From Mobula birostris (lineage: Eukaryota), in contig NC_092379.1 of the NCBI RefSeq assembly GCF_030028105.1, positions 20,871,309-20,935,308 of the forward strand: 64,000 nt of DNA. Reading direction: 5' to 3'. Positions 51,181 to 63,639 of the stretch are shown piece after piece (positions within the stretch are counted from its first letter, which is position 1; each line of letters starts with the position of its first letter). The position numbers were made by a program, and so were the translations under genes. Under the pieces are notes generated by a model. That model worked only from the letters and a program-made list of their open reading frames with translations, made no database searches and was not told where the DNA came from.

Positions 51181-52393
51181 AACCTATTTCTTTATTTGCA
51201 TAGTTCTGATCTCATCCTTTGTCTCTTCTTCTAATCCTCTCTGTCTCAGTCTCCACTGAACTCACAAGAAGAAAACATGAGGAAGTGCAGACCACCAGAT
51301 TCCATCCTCTGGCCTGAGATTTCTGGAAATTCATTCCACCTGAGGAATGAAATTTCTCTGCACCGCAGTTTCAAATGTCCTGCCCTCTACTTTGTAACTC
51401 TGCCCCCTTGTTCTTTGCTCTGTGACAGGTGAAATTCTCTCAGCATCTACCTCTCGTGCCCCTTTTACATCTGATATGTTTGTCCAGAAATCTGGATTCT
51501 TCTCAACTGCAAGCAATGCAGACACAGACTGTCTGGTCTTGGTCATTGTCTGACAGTCACAGAGTCACAGAAAAGTACAGCACAGAAACAGGCCCTTTGG
51601 CCCATCTGGTCTGTGCCGAGCCATTTAAACTGCCAAGTTCAATTGACTTGCACCCAGACCATTGCCCTCCATACCCCTCCCATCCATGTAACCATCCAAA
51701 CATCTCTTTTTTTTTTAAATTTTATTTTTATTTGGATAAGGAATTCACAAATATCATGTACTTTTTTCACACATATAACCTTTTCCATTTTTTTATATGT
51801 ATAAAACTATAATTATTTATACATTCTTAAGTACACATTGAGATGATATAAAAGAAAATTAGATAATTATGTACTGTGGTAATTCTAACCTATTAGGCTA
51901 AGTAATGGTATTAGTTGTTAAGGAAAATGGTAATAATAGTTTCCATATAACTCTTCTGGACCATTTCCACTGGTCCAAAATGTTGTATGTAAGCCTATGT
52001 AACAACCATTGTAGGTGTTTATATCCTAATTTGTTCATGCTTGCTCCTGCCGGTAGACATAATTATCCAATCCATATATACTTATTTACTTAATTTTTTC
52101 ATTTGTTATCCCTTTCCCAAAGCTTTCCCTTTACTTGTGTTAATTCTCTATTTTCCAAAAGAAAACAAAAAAAAGACATTTAGACTAGGGGTGCTTACGT
52201 TAGCAATATTACTGTGTAAATATAAATCATGCAGTATAAATCATTAGGAGAGTCATCTAAAGTCTGCTCGCATTGGGGTTATATATTCAATCCATTTATT
52301 CCAGATTTGATAAAATTTTTCTTTTTTAATTCTCAGGGAGTAAGTCAACTTTTCCATTTTAAATAATTCCAAGATAATTTCGTGCCAATCTTC

Positions 52394-55300
52394 TTATGTA
52401 GGTGGTATTGGATTTAGCCATTTTCTAGTGATTGATTTCTTACTTGCCGCTAAGAGGGCCTGCAGCAACTTTATATCTTCCTTCTGTTCAAGAAACAATA
52501 CATGCCCCAAATAGAGCGTCTCAAAGTTCAGAGGTATCTGGGACCTAAGTACCTTAACTAATGTTCTATGAATACCTTCCCAATATAGACTTAATTTAGG
52601 GCAATCCCAGAAAATATGAAAATGATTTGCCTCCTTGGAGCCGCACCTTCTCCAACACGTCACGTTTGTATCTTTATATTTTTCCTGATATGGGGTCTTG
52701 AAGTAGCTTATAATGTTTTTCCAACAATGTTCTCTCCAAGTCAAAGAATTAGTCGAGGACCATTGAAAGCTGCAGATTTTCCCCTAAGCCTCCTCTGAAA
52801 GTACCAACCCCGCTTCTTTCTCCCACTTCTCTTTAATATACAGTGCATTTACATTTTTAGCATGGGAGAGTGCATTATATAATCGAGAAACTGATTTACT
52901 AGGTATTGAACTGCAAGCCGAATTCAGAATCTTGAAAAATTCTAATTCTACTGTTGATAGGTCTGTATATCTACAACTCTGGTTAACATAGTTTCGTACT
53001 TGAAGGTACCTAAAAAAGTCATTGTGTTCTAGGCCATGTTTGTCCTGCAGGATTTGGAAACTTTGTAATACTCTTTTATCTATAAATGAGAGGTAGGTTG
53101 TAAGACCTTTCTTTATCCATAGCTCAAATCTTTTATCTCCTCTGTTGGGAAGGAATTCGGTATCATATGCACACCATCTAAAGAGTTTTAACATGTTATT
53201 AATTCCACATGAATTAACCACCTTCTGCCATACTTTTAATGTAAGATTTATCCAACTCTTTTTAAATTTTTCCAACTGGGCCATCAATCCTTTGTCAGCT
53301 ATTGAGGCCTGTAGAGGAAAACTGTCAACTAATCCAAATTCTATTTCCTTCCATCTAGCCTTGTATTCCCTATTACACCAATATAAGAGGGGTTATCTGT
53401 GAGGCATAAAAATAATTTCTCAGGCAAGGAAGAACCATACCTCCTCCTTCCTTCCCTAACTGTAAGGTGTTATATCAAATTCTAGGTTTCTTTCCTTGCC
53501 AAATGAAGCGGGAAATCCATTTGTCCCATTCCCTGAATTGATTATCATCCACCTCCACCGGTAAAGTACGGAAAAGATACAATAACCGAGGAAGAATATT
53601 CATTTTTATAGTATTTATCCTTGAATTTAAACTTAAAAAGGGGATAAGATTCCATCTATGCATATCTGCTTTTATCTCTGAGATTAATGGCCCACAATTT
53701 ACCTGTGACAGTGTTGGAAGATCCTTCGGCGGGGTTATTCCTAAATATTTTAATGATTTAGCTTCCCACTTAAGGTCATATGTATCCTGCAATATTTTGG
53801 ATGGTGTATAATTTAGGGACATAACCTGCATTTTCTTTACATTTATTTTATAACGTGATATTTTCCCAAAGTCATCCAACAGTGTAAACAATCCTATAAA
53901 TGATTTTTCTGGTTCACTCAGATAGACCAAAACATCATCTGCGAATAACGCCACTTTCTGTTCAATCCCTGCCACCTTGATACCTTTTACAATTTCGCTC
54001 TGTCTTATTAGTTGGGCAAGCGGTTCAATATATAGCGCAAAAAGGAGAGGAGAAATTGGGCATCCCTGTCTAGTGCCTCTCTCTAAGATGAAGGAGTCAG
54101 AGAGGTCCCCATTTATCTTAATTCAGGCTGTAGGGTGTCATATAGAGTCTGAATTACTTTAATAAACTTTTCTTGAAAGCCGAATCTTCCTAACACTCTG
54201 TATAGGAATGCCCAACTAACCGAATCAAAAGCTTTTTCAGCGTCCAATCCTACTACCATTGTCTCTGTCTCGTTCTTATCAACCTGTTCTAATATGTGCA
54301 GAGTTCTCCTTATGTTGTCCTGTGTTTGTCTTTGTTGAATAAATCCAGTCTGGTCTAAGTGGATTAGGCCAGGTAAAAGCTTTTCCAATCTGCTCGCTAA
54401 TATAGATGTAAATAGTTTGTAATCTAAATTAAGAACACTAATTGACCAATAATTGCTACATTCTAGTTTATCTTTACCCTCTTTAGGAATAACTGAAATA
54501 ATCGCTTCTCTCCAGGAAGGTGGAGTTTCTCCTCTCTGCAAAATCCAATTAAAGGTGTTAAGTAGTAATGGGGCTAACTGTGTCTTCAGGGACTTATACC
54601 ACTCTGAGGTAAACCCATCAGAACCCGGGGACTTTCCAGCCTTTAACCTAGAGATGGCCACGTTCAGTTCTTTGACAGTTACTGATTCTAATAAACTTTC
54701 ATTTTGTAAATCTGTAAGTTTAGGTAGATCTAAAAAATTCAATACACTGTCTATATAGGGCTCATTGGGGGCCCGGGGCTGGGAGTACAGTTCTCGATAA
54801 TATGTTTCAAAACTCTCTTGAATTTTCCCTATTGTACTCTCCACAAGCTTTGTCTTTGGATTCTTTATTTTATGAATTGTATTGTCTGCTTGTTGTTTTC
54901 ATAATTTATATGCTAATAATCTAGCTGATTTACCTCCTACTTCGTAATTCTTTTGTCTCAGGTAAAGAAAATTTCTTTGAGTTTCCAACATATAAATATC
55001 ATCAATTTCACTTTGCAATTTCCTAATTTCCTGTTTACGATTTGAATTACTTTTGTTGCTATCTACAACTTGAAGTTGTTTTAATTTTCCTTGAAGGTCT
55101 GCTAATTTTTGTGCATTGATTTTTTTCATGTGAGTGGTAATGGAAATAATTTTCCCTCTCAGTACAGCTTTCAATGTATCCCATATACTGGTGATATTTC
55201 TCCCATGTCATTAAGGTCTAGATATCCTTTGATTTCTCCCCTTAATCTCTCCATTACTTTCGGGTTATTGAGTATATGTGGGTTTAGCCTCCATAGTGTT

Positions 55301-56012
55301 TTCCTCATTTTCCTTTCCAGGATTAGAGACATACAGACTGGGCTATGATCCAACAGATCAATTGTTGCAATATTACAGTTTTTTATCCTGAGTCTATCTG
55401 TACTAAAGATAAAGAAATAGTCTATCCTTGAATAGGCTGAATGAGGGAAAGAGTGATGTGTATAATCTTTACTAGTAGGGTGTAATTCCCTCCAGACATC
55501 TATAATTCTCAACTCCTCCATCAATGAATTCATTTTCTGAGTCAGAGGTTTATTCTGAGTAACTATTCTTGAAGAATCTAATACAGGATTTAATCTAATA
55601 TTAAAATCCCCTCCCCAAATTACTACCCCTTGAGAACTGACCATTAGGTCAAAAATGTGTCTATAAAATGACCATTCACAACCTGGAGGAGCATAAACAT
55701 TCAGCAATGTTATTTCTGTACCTTCTATTCTTCCTGTGATTTTTACAAACCGTCCTTCTTTGTCTTTAGTCTCTGAAATATGTTCATAATTAAGAGTACT
55801 TGATATTAAAGTAGCTACCCCTCTTTTGTAACTCAATTTATATGATGAATAAAAGACATGCTTAAAGCCCATTCTTTTTAATTTTCCATGTTCAGATTGG
55901 CTCATATGTGTTTCCTGGAGGAAAGCTATTTGTGCCCTCTCTTTTTTCTCTTAATTGGATTCCAAACCCCATTAACATTATAGGAAATTATTTTTACCAA
56001 TTCAGTTTGTAT
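52394..56012 (-). pseudogene. L1 ORF2p (APE endonuclease, RT, Cys-rich C-term), multiply frameshifted
   Basis: Split into at least six ORF pieces: ISYNVNG/FLQETH, GGDFN, SRIDYFF, KSPGSDG, LDAEKAFDSV, LFADD, CWRRCGSKEANHFHIFWDC. The probable start reads ATA. Confidence 0.92.
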
Positions 56013-56373
56013 TTTTCTCTAGTAGAAAAGAAACACTCTCCTTTTCTAACAAAACAGTAAGCAATCCCTTCTCAACAGTAAACCAAGACATATAACCACA
56101 CCCTAGACATTTTTGAACGTGTAACATTTGAAATTTTTTCCCGACTTCCCACAGTGAGGCCTGAGCACCGACCGCCTCAGTTCAGAGGGATAACCTCTAT
56201 CTTTATCCTGTGTTAGAGGGCCCTCAGCAGTTTGAATAATCATAGAGAATTTTCTCCTATTTATGTCTCGACCATATTGCTATCATTCAAGTTATTCCGC
56301 CTAGTTTATTTTCAGTTACCAGTTTTCATTTTACCTTTAAGTCCGATTTACTCTTTTCAGTCATTTCCCTTAA

Positions 56374-57366
56374 TTAATCTGTATTCTCTGTACACTCGCG
56401 TCTGAATATTTGCAACTTTTCCTTGTAGTTTGACACTCCGGTTCGAGTGGAGTGTCCTCGCCCCACTGACTGCCACGACTTCTGCCTAATCCTCTCCAGT
56501 AGCAACCCCGGTTGGGTGATAACTTTAATAGGTAGTCCCCGGTCCGCCAGGTCCAACGTTTCCTCCTCCACCGTAGCGTAAATTTTTGTCCCTTCGTCGT
56601 AAAAGACTCTCAGCCGAGCTGGATACAGGGTCTGGAATCTGATGTTGTTTTCGTTCAGGACTCTCCGTGTTTCCGTACATTCCTTCCGTCTGGCAAGAAT
56701 CCCCGGTGCGTAGTCGTGGTCTAAACTGATTTTACAGTTGTTCCACATGAAACCTTTATTTTGCCATGCCCTTTTAAGCACCTCTTCCTTCGTTCTGTAA
56801 CTGAGCAATCTGACCAGAATCGATCTGGGCTGGGCGCCTGCTGGAGGCTGTGGTGTCAACGCGCGGTGAGCTCTTTCTATCTGTAGGTCTTTTGCGTCCG
56901 GTATATCAAGGTTCTCTCTAAGCAGCTTCTCTATGAAGGGAATCATCAATCCGGATTTACCTACGGTTCCTTCGGGAACTCCGTAAATCCTCACATTTTC
57001 CCTTCTTGAGCGGCCTTCTTGATCTATTAGTTTCCACTGGAGCTGCTCTTGTAGCTTTAGCATTTCTGCTATCACTTCCCTGTTCTCGGCGTTTTGTAGC
57101 TTCTCTTCAGTTCCAACAATCCTCGCTTCGGCTTCATCTATCCGCGAGTTAGTTTTTACTATTTCTCCTTTAATATCTTCCACCTGTTTGCTGTTATCTT
57201 GTCGGAACTCGCGAATCTCTCCGAGAATCAAAGACAGAGTGACCGATTCTCCCTCATTATCTCCGTCCTGGCTTGCCGTGGGGGAGCTAGGCCCGTCGCC
57301 TTGCTGCGTCTCTTTATGTTTATCAGCCTTCAGAGCGGACTTTTTAATCTTGTTCTTAGACATCAT
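56374..57366 (-). CDS. L1 ORF1p (coiled coil, RRM, CTD), open 330 aa
   Basis: RSRRENVRIYGVPEG, IERAHR, PRSILVRL and LYPARLRV motifs. Confidence 0.92.
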   Translation of the reverse strand: MMSKNKIKKSALKADKHKETQQGDGPSSPTASQDGDNEGESVTLSLILGEIREFRQDNSKQVEDIKGEIVKTNSRIDEAEARIVGTEEKLQNAENREVIAEMLKLQEQLQWKLIDQEGRSRRENVRIYGVPEGTVGKSGLMIPFIEKLLRENLDIPDAKDLQIERAHRALTPQPPAGAQPRSILVRLLSYRTKEEVLKRAWQNKGFMWNNCKISLDHDYAPGILARRKECTETRRVLNENNIRFQTLYPARLRVFYDEGTKIYATVEEETLDLADRGLPIKVITQPGLLLERIRQKSWQSVGRGHSTRTGVSNYKEKLQIFRRECTENTD

Positions 57367-58089
57367 CCTTGCCCCTTTTATTAATATAGTTATGCAATAT
57401 TAAGTATTTGTCTAAATTCGATTTTGGGGCAGTTTACCTTCTTTTTTGTCGAGAGACCTTTTCCTTTCGCCGCCAATCCCTTGATGACCCGGAAGTCCCC
57501 CAAACATCTCTTAAACATTGAAATCGAGCTTGCAAGCACCACTTGCTCTGGCAGTTCATTCTACACTCTCACAAAACTCTGCGTGAAGAAGTTTCCCCTC
57601 AGGTCTCCCTTAAATATTTCACCTTTCAGCCTTAACCTCTGACTTCCAGTTCTAGTCTCACCCAACCTCAGTGAAAAAAGCCTGCTTGCATTTACCCTGT
57701 CTATACCCGGGATAATTTTCTGTACCTCCATCAAACCTCCCCTCAATCTTCTATGTACCAAGGAATAAAAGTCCTAACCTATGTAATCTTTCCTTATAAC
57801 TCAGTTTCTCCAGTCCTGGTAACATCCTTCAAACTTTCTCTATACTCTTTCAAGCTTACTTACACCTTTCCTGCAGGTAAGAGACCAAAACTGAACAGGT
57901 AAAGATTTTTATTCTTCACATATATGAAGAATGTAGGTAATAAAGTCAAAGCAATTCAATTCAATTCAACTCAAATTCGGCCTCACGAATGTCTTATACA
58001 CTTTAACATAACATCCCATCTCCTGTACTCAGTACTTTGATTTATGAAGGCCAATGTGCCAATAGTTCCTGCCTAACCTATCCACAGTC

Positions 58090-60200
58090 CTACACCCACT
58101 AAATGCATTATTACAGACAGGGACACAATGGAAGTGGACTGAGAGCTGTGAGAAAAGGTTTCACGAAACTAAATGAATCATAACTTCAGAAGGGGTGCTC
58201 GCGCATTTTGACCCCTCCTTACCTATCCGACTAGCTTGTGATGCCTTGTCCTGTGGGATAGGAGCTGTGTTATCGCACAAGTTTCCTGATGACTCCGAAA
58301 AACCAATAGCTTTTGCCTCAAGAATGCTAACTTCAGCTGAATGCAACTACGCACAGATTGACAGAGAGGTCCTAAGCCTCGCGTGGGGAGTCAAGAAATT
58401 CAGTCACTACCTGTATGGCCAAATGTTTACTCTGTTGACTGACCATCAGCCTCTCATGTCAATCTTCAACCCAAGGAAAGGCGTTCCAGTGATGACAGCA
58501 CAAAGGCTGCAGCGATGGTCTCTTTTCTTAGGAGGTCAAAGGTACGACATCGAACAAAAGGGGACCAAGCAACACAGCAACGCAGATGGTTTGTCACGTT
58601 TACTACTGCTTACTTCCGAGGTAACCACGCAAACGGACTCAGCAGAGGTCTTTCACACAACAATAGTTGAACAATTATCAGTAACAAACAGCCTTATTGA
58701 AAGGGAAACACGCAGTGACCCTATGTTGTCAAAAGTGTATGACATCACGGTAAAGGGATGGCCAGCGCGGGGTAACACACTGTTTCCAGCCTTCTCAGCG
58801 AGGAAGATGCAGTTGTCAGTGTGTCGAGGAACACTAATGTGTGGCTCACAAGTTGTGATTCCTCCCAACCTACGCACCAGAGTGCTGGAGGAACTGCACG
58901 AGGGGCACCTGGGTCCCGTGAAAATGAAAAGTCTTGCCCGTGCCGATATGTGGTGGCCAGGAATCAATAAACAGATTGAGGACTTGACCAAGAACTGCTC
59001 TGGATGAGAAAAGATCCAGAATACGCCACCACAAGCCCCCGTCCATTCATGGGAGTGGCCCTCATCACCATGGCAACGAGTGCACATCAACTTTGTTGGA
59101 CCATTCATGGATTCTATTTTTTTAATCATTGTTGATGCACATTCCAAATGGCCAGAGGTCATCAAAATGAATTCAACCACATCAGAAAAGAACATTACAG
59201 TTCTGAGGACCATGTTTGTCAGGAATGGCATACCAGAACAAATCTGCACAGACAATGGATGACAATTTGTCTCTGAAGAATTCCAAAATTTTATGAAGAA
59301 CAATGGAATCAAGCACTTTATATCTGCCCTTTATCATCCATCCACAAATGGCTTGGCAGAAATATTTGTACAGACATTCAAGAAAGCCACCAAGGCAATG
59401 GACAGTGAAAATCGACCACTGCAACACAAGATAGACAACTTCCTCCTGACCTATCTTAATGCAGTACGTCCAACCACTAACCAGACTCCAGCGATGATGT
59501 TTCTGAACAGGAACCTGAGGATGGATCTTCTCAAACCAGACGTGCGGCGTGATGTGGAGAACAGACAGTTCAAACACTTGAATGCTAAGTCAACACGGAG
59601 CTTCAGTGTGGGACAGTCAGTTCTTGCACGTGATTACCAGACTGAAAAGTGGCAGCCGGGGACAATTTCCACCATAGACGGTCCACTGATGTATAGAGTA
59701 CAGGTGGGAGAGAATGTATGGAGACATCATGTGGACCAGATCCTGGATTGTCAGGTTAATAACTCAACAACATCTTGCCAGGATTCCCATGACATAGAAG
59801 CACGTCATGTGGATCAAATCCTGAATGCTCAGGTGAAAAACACAACAATACCTTGCCCTGACTCCCTGGACATAGAAACAAACACTCCTGATGTGACCAC
59901 ATCAGCCTCATCCACAGATAAGCCTGACATCAGTGCTGAGGACCCACCTGATGTACCTGTGGAGACTATTTCCCCAAAGCAAACATTTCAGGGCAGATGT
60001 TACCTGGAGAGGCAGAGAAGACCAACCCCCCACTCAGACACGAGTTATAATTATTATAATAATAATTCTAATGTTACTTTATTATAATTTGATATTATTA
60101 AGTTACTATGTAAACAATTGGGAAGCATTGTATGTTAAGGGTACACATATTCGTTTAGCTTAGTGCCCCCAGTAAAAATAAACAGTTGATACACTATTAA
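58090..60200 (+). mobile_element. Gypsy pol 3' part (RNase H, integrase), with PPT-like run
   Basis: LACDALSCGIGAVL, YAQIDREVL, LLTDHQPL, LHEGHLG, HINFVGP and YHPSTNGLAE; aaaaggggaggagga near 60205. Confidence 0.9.
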
Positions 60201-60261
60201 AATAAAAGGGGAGGAGGATACCACATGGCCCACCGTATAATATAATATACTTTACGTAGAG

Positions 60262-61472
60262 GTAAAACCGGGAACCCGGAACAGGACTGGACAAGAGAGC
60301 TAGGAGCCCGGGCTTGGACTCCGAGCCAGAGACTGGACAAGGACCCAGTACCTGGGTCTTGCCTCTGGCTCGGACCCCAGAACTAGGCAAGGAGGAGGCT
60401 TGGCAGGCAGGCAGGATGAGGCTGGAGTCTTCAGGCTTGAGGCTAGAGGCTAGAGACTTGGAAGTCATAGGAAATCATTTCTGCCTGTGGCCATCAAACT
60501 TTACAACTCCTCCCTTGGAGGGTCAGACACCCTGAGCCAATAGGCTGGTACTGGACTTATTTCATAATTTACTGGCATAATTTACATATTACTATTTAAC
60601 TATTTACGGTTCTATTACTATTTATTATTTATGGTGCAACTGTAATGAAAACCAATTTCCCCCAGGATCAATAAAGTATGACTATGACTACTATTGAGGC
60701 GAGGCTTGGCAGGAGGCAGGAGGCTGGAGTCTTCAGGCTTGAGGCTAAGCAGGAGGCTGGAGTCTTCAGGTTTGAGGCTAGACAGGATCCTCCTGGGCAG
60801 GGCATGATTCTCCTGGGCAGGGTGCGGTACTCCGGGGCATGGTGTGGTACACCTGGGCAGGGCGCGGATCACCTGGGCAGGGCGCGGATCACCTGGGCAG
60901 GGCACGGTACTCCACCTGACGGAGGCAAAGGACAGGAAGGGACAGAACCAACTGTAAGTAATGGCAATATGGGCTGGCTTACTCGACGGAGGCAAGGGAC
61001 AGGACCAACCGTAGGTAATGGCAAGACGGCCTGGCTTACCCGGGCAGAGGCAAGGGACAGGAAGGGAGGTAGGTACATGTTACTCCAGGACAAGTCTGCA
61101 GGCAAGATGAGGCGAGAGTTACCAGCAAGACAAGGCAAGGCTTCAGGCAATGCAAGGCAAGACGAGAACTTCAGGTGAGGCGAGAATTACCGGCAAGAGA
61201 AGGCAAGGCTTCAGGCATTGTAAGGCGAGACAAGAACTTCAGGCGAGGCGAGAGTTACCGGCAAGACAAGGTAGAGCTTCAGGCGAGGAAACAGAAAGCC
61301 AAGGAAGGGATACAAGGAGTAAGAACAAGAACAATCCAGCAGCCACGCCCTGGTCTCTGGAGGTATTTACGCAGCCAGGCGCAACAGGCATCAGCTGCCT
61401 TAACTAGTGCTTAACAAAAACAGAAACAGGGTAGACAGGAAAACCTGGATCAAGGGTCGATGGACCGGGCCG
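60262..61472. repeat. Tandem-repeat-rich, LTR-like sequence
   Basis: Internal arrays: aggctggagtcttcaggcttgaggct x3, cacctgggcagggcgcggat x3-4, and gcgagagttacc..caagacaaggcaaggcttcagg x3. Element identity not established. Confidence 0.55.
60466..60694 (+). mobile_element. Short Rex1 3' end
   Basis: Matches the 3' UTR of the Rex1 copy at 28722-28960; AATAAA and (gactat)n tail. Confidence 0.85.
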
Positions 61473-62211
61473 TGTTGTAGGATCAACCATCAATTGAAGG
61501 TTGACAATTGGAGTTGTTGGCCACTCTGTCCATGGGAATCTCTGCTGCAGAAAACCCTGTGACCCAATTTCTTTCCATCTCATCTGGTGGGGAAGGGTAA
61601 CTTTAGAGGGTTCCTGTTGAGAATGGACTTCCTTTTTCATATGATGTTCACCTGGAATATTCTGCTTTTACACCATCCAGGCCAATGTTTACACCACTAG
61701 TGATCTCTCCGCATCTAAAATGTAAAGGAGTTTTACTTTTGGAAATGAAATAGAAATTGTGGAAACTGTTCAGTGGGTTAGAGAACACCTGTTAACAGAG
61801 AAAGAGTTAACACTGAGGTAGCATCACAAGTGTACTCTGTACCATTGCTTCAGCACTAGTTCTGTGCCTGGCTGAGTACTGTGCATCTCTCTGGTTTACT
61901 GGAGCTCAACAACTGTCTGATGTCCAGTTACATTCCACAATGCCTGCTCCAGTGGAACTCAGTTCCTCCAGTTCTGCTGACAGATAGAGTTGCTGCATGT
62001 TTCTGAGACGTTGGTGTGCAAACATTGACCCTGCAGTCATTATTTCATCATTCCCTCACTGACAAGGCCAGCATTCCTTGCTCTGCTCCAGCAGGTCCGT
62101 CACAGAACAGTGAGGAGTTTGGTGTGGGACTGATGGATATGGGTAAACAGGGTAGGAAGGCCAGTGTCCTTCACCAAAGAACATCAGTGAAATAGTTTGA
62201 AATCTAAAACT

Positions 62212-62414
62212 TGAATCTGGCACAGTCACCTCTGGTTATGTGTTCATGTCATTGTCCTGAGGCTTGGGAACAGACTGTAGGTCAATGATCCTGGTGCTAG
62301 TACTGAGGGAGTGCTGCACTCTCACACATCTGTCTGAGATGTAACAGAGGGGCCCAGATGGGTATTTACTGATGGTCAGACAGACCTTGTGTTGGTGCTT
62401 TGGAAGAGTTTTGA
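62212..62414 (+). mobile_element. Degenerate Deu-domain SINE (SacSINE1/AmnSINE1-like) remnant, present only in copy 2
   Basis: Contains gtactgagggagtgctgcact (62300-62320), recalled as the Deu-domain core; absent at the equivalent site (about 46830) in copy 1. Confidence 0.5.
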
Positions 62415-62571
62415 AAGCATCGGGTGAAATCTGCTTCTTTCCCACTCTCTGCCTCTGCATTATTAATCCACTCACACAACTACAACAATGCCAGACTTGC
62501 TGTTACCTATTGACCTTGCTTGTCCCTGGGTTGTGACTGTGGCAGAGGATGTCAACAGTGGAGTGAATCTC

Positions 62572-62720
62572 TGTGCTCACAGTCAGTACGTAGCTGGCAA
62601 TGAAAGTCCCTGCCTGTTCCAGAGCAGTTGGTCTCACACTGGTGTTGGAAGAGATCAGAGAGTTCCCTTTCTCCCAGGTGACGGTTATTTGTTCCGGGTA
62701 GAATCCGGTGACCAGCCGTG
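62572..62720 (-). pseudogene. Remnant of C exon B, copy 2 (both ends deleted)
   Basis: Retains LVTGFYPEQITVTWEKGNSLISSNTSVRPTALEQAGTF; acceptor, both Cys codons and donor are missing. Confidence 0.88.
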
Positions 62721-62759
62721 ACCAACGTTGTCCATTTTAATCGCTGACCTCTTGCCCAC

Positions 62760-63062
62760 CTTTGGTACTTTTTGTCCGTGCTGATACTGGTGAGGTTGCA
62801 GAAGGTTGTTGGGCAGAGTAAGTGTACTCCACCCCACCGGTCCACTCCTCCACACTGGTCTGGAGTTGGCTGATCACTGTGACTTGGGTTCCTTCCTCTC
62901 TCAGTTTTTTGGTCACATTTGCTTTGATTTTCTCCCTCTCATTCACCTGCCAGTGGATTTGGACCTGGCTCAGATAAGCACCCACAATCATGCACACCAG
63001 AGTCGCGGTCTGGTTGATCCACATCTCTTCAATGGAGGGATGTTGGAAAAAGACAGACAACT
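62760..63062 (-). pseudogene. C exon A, copy 2: open frame and intact splice sites, but second Cys replaced by Tyr
   Basis: ccacag|AG..., 303 nt, LSVFFQHPSIEEMWINQTATLVC...SVEEWTGGVEYTYSAQQ...TKG|gtgggc. Confidence 0.88.
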
Positions 63063-63639
63063 CTGTGGATGAGAAATAGAAAATTTACAAACTGGGCAAT
63101 ATCTGCTGTCAGCTGGCTTGACAACTTCAGCTCAGACTTATCCTGAAGGTCAATTTGCACAGAATCGTACAATGGAAAGAAATCAGGTTTGTTTACAGAG
63201 TGGGTTGCGCATCTCTGCTTACAACCTTTGTCTGAGAAAACAAAATCATGGAGCTTATTTCCTCGGGACCCTTTCAGGTCACCGCATGGACTGTGGGACA
63301 GTTGCCCAGCTACATGACATTTAGCTGCTGGAATGCCAATAAAATGTGCTATCAGAGCTGTGAATTGCAATGAGAGATGCTGTTTCAGATCAAAGACAAA
63401 TTTTTTTGAAATCTTCTTGTCTTAGTGCATGTGAGAGTCTGTAGATCCATTTCTCACATTGAGCTGAATCAATGACTGCCTCATATCTGTTTGGACTGAG
63501 CATGGGATTCCTCCAGTTTGAAAATTCTGGTGCTGACTTTCGAATCTCTCATGAAAAATCTCTCTTTTCATCTCCGTAACTTGTCTACCCCAGTCAATGA
63601 TCTCGCTTTGGTTCAGTTGTCCTGTTCACTTCATCTTCA

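Larger units (their letters stand above)
51709..57499 (-). mobile_element. Full-length L1 LINE (about 5.8 kb) inserted in a CR1 3' end
   Basis: 5' end GGGACTTCCGG; ORF1 and ORF2; AATAAA plus poly(A); 13-bp TSD ccaaacatctctt (51696-51708 and 57500-57512); target TT/AAGA fits the L1 endonuclease consensus. Confidence 0.95.

Noticed and set aside
57911-57932. Short hairpin ATTCTTCA-CATATA-TGAAGAAT
   Set aside because: An 8-bp AT-rich stem inside a CR1 fragment is within chance expectation.
60618-61414. Overlapping ORFs with repeated peptides, and a possible CRISPR-like array
   Set aside because: These are short tandem repeats without unique spacers in a vertebrate LTR-like sequence; the ORFs are by-products of low stop-codon content.
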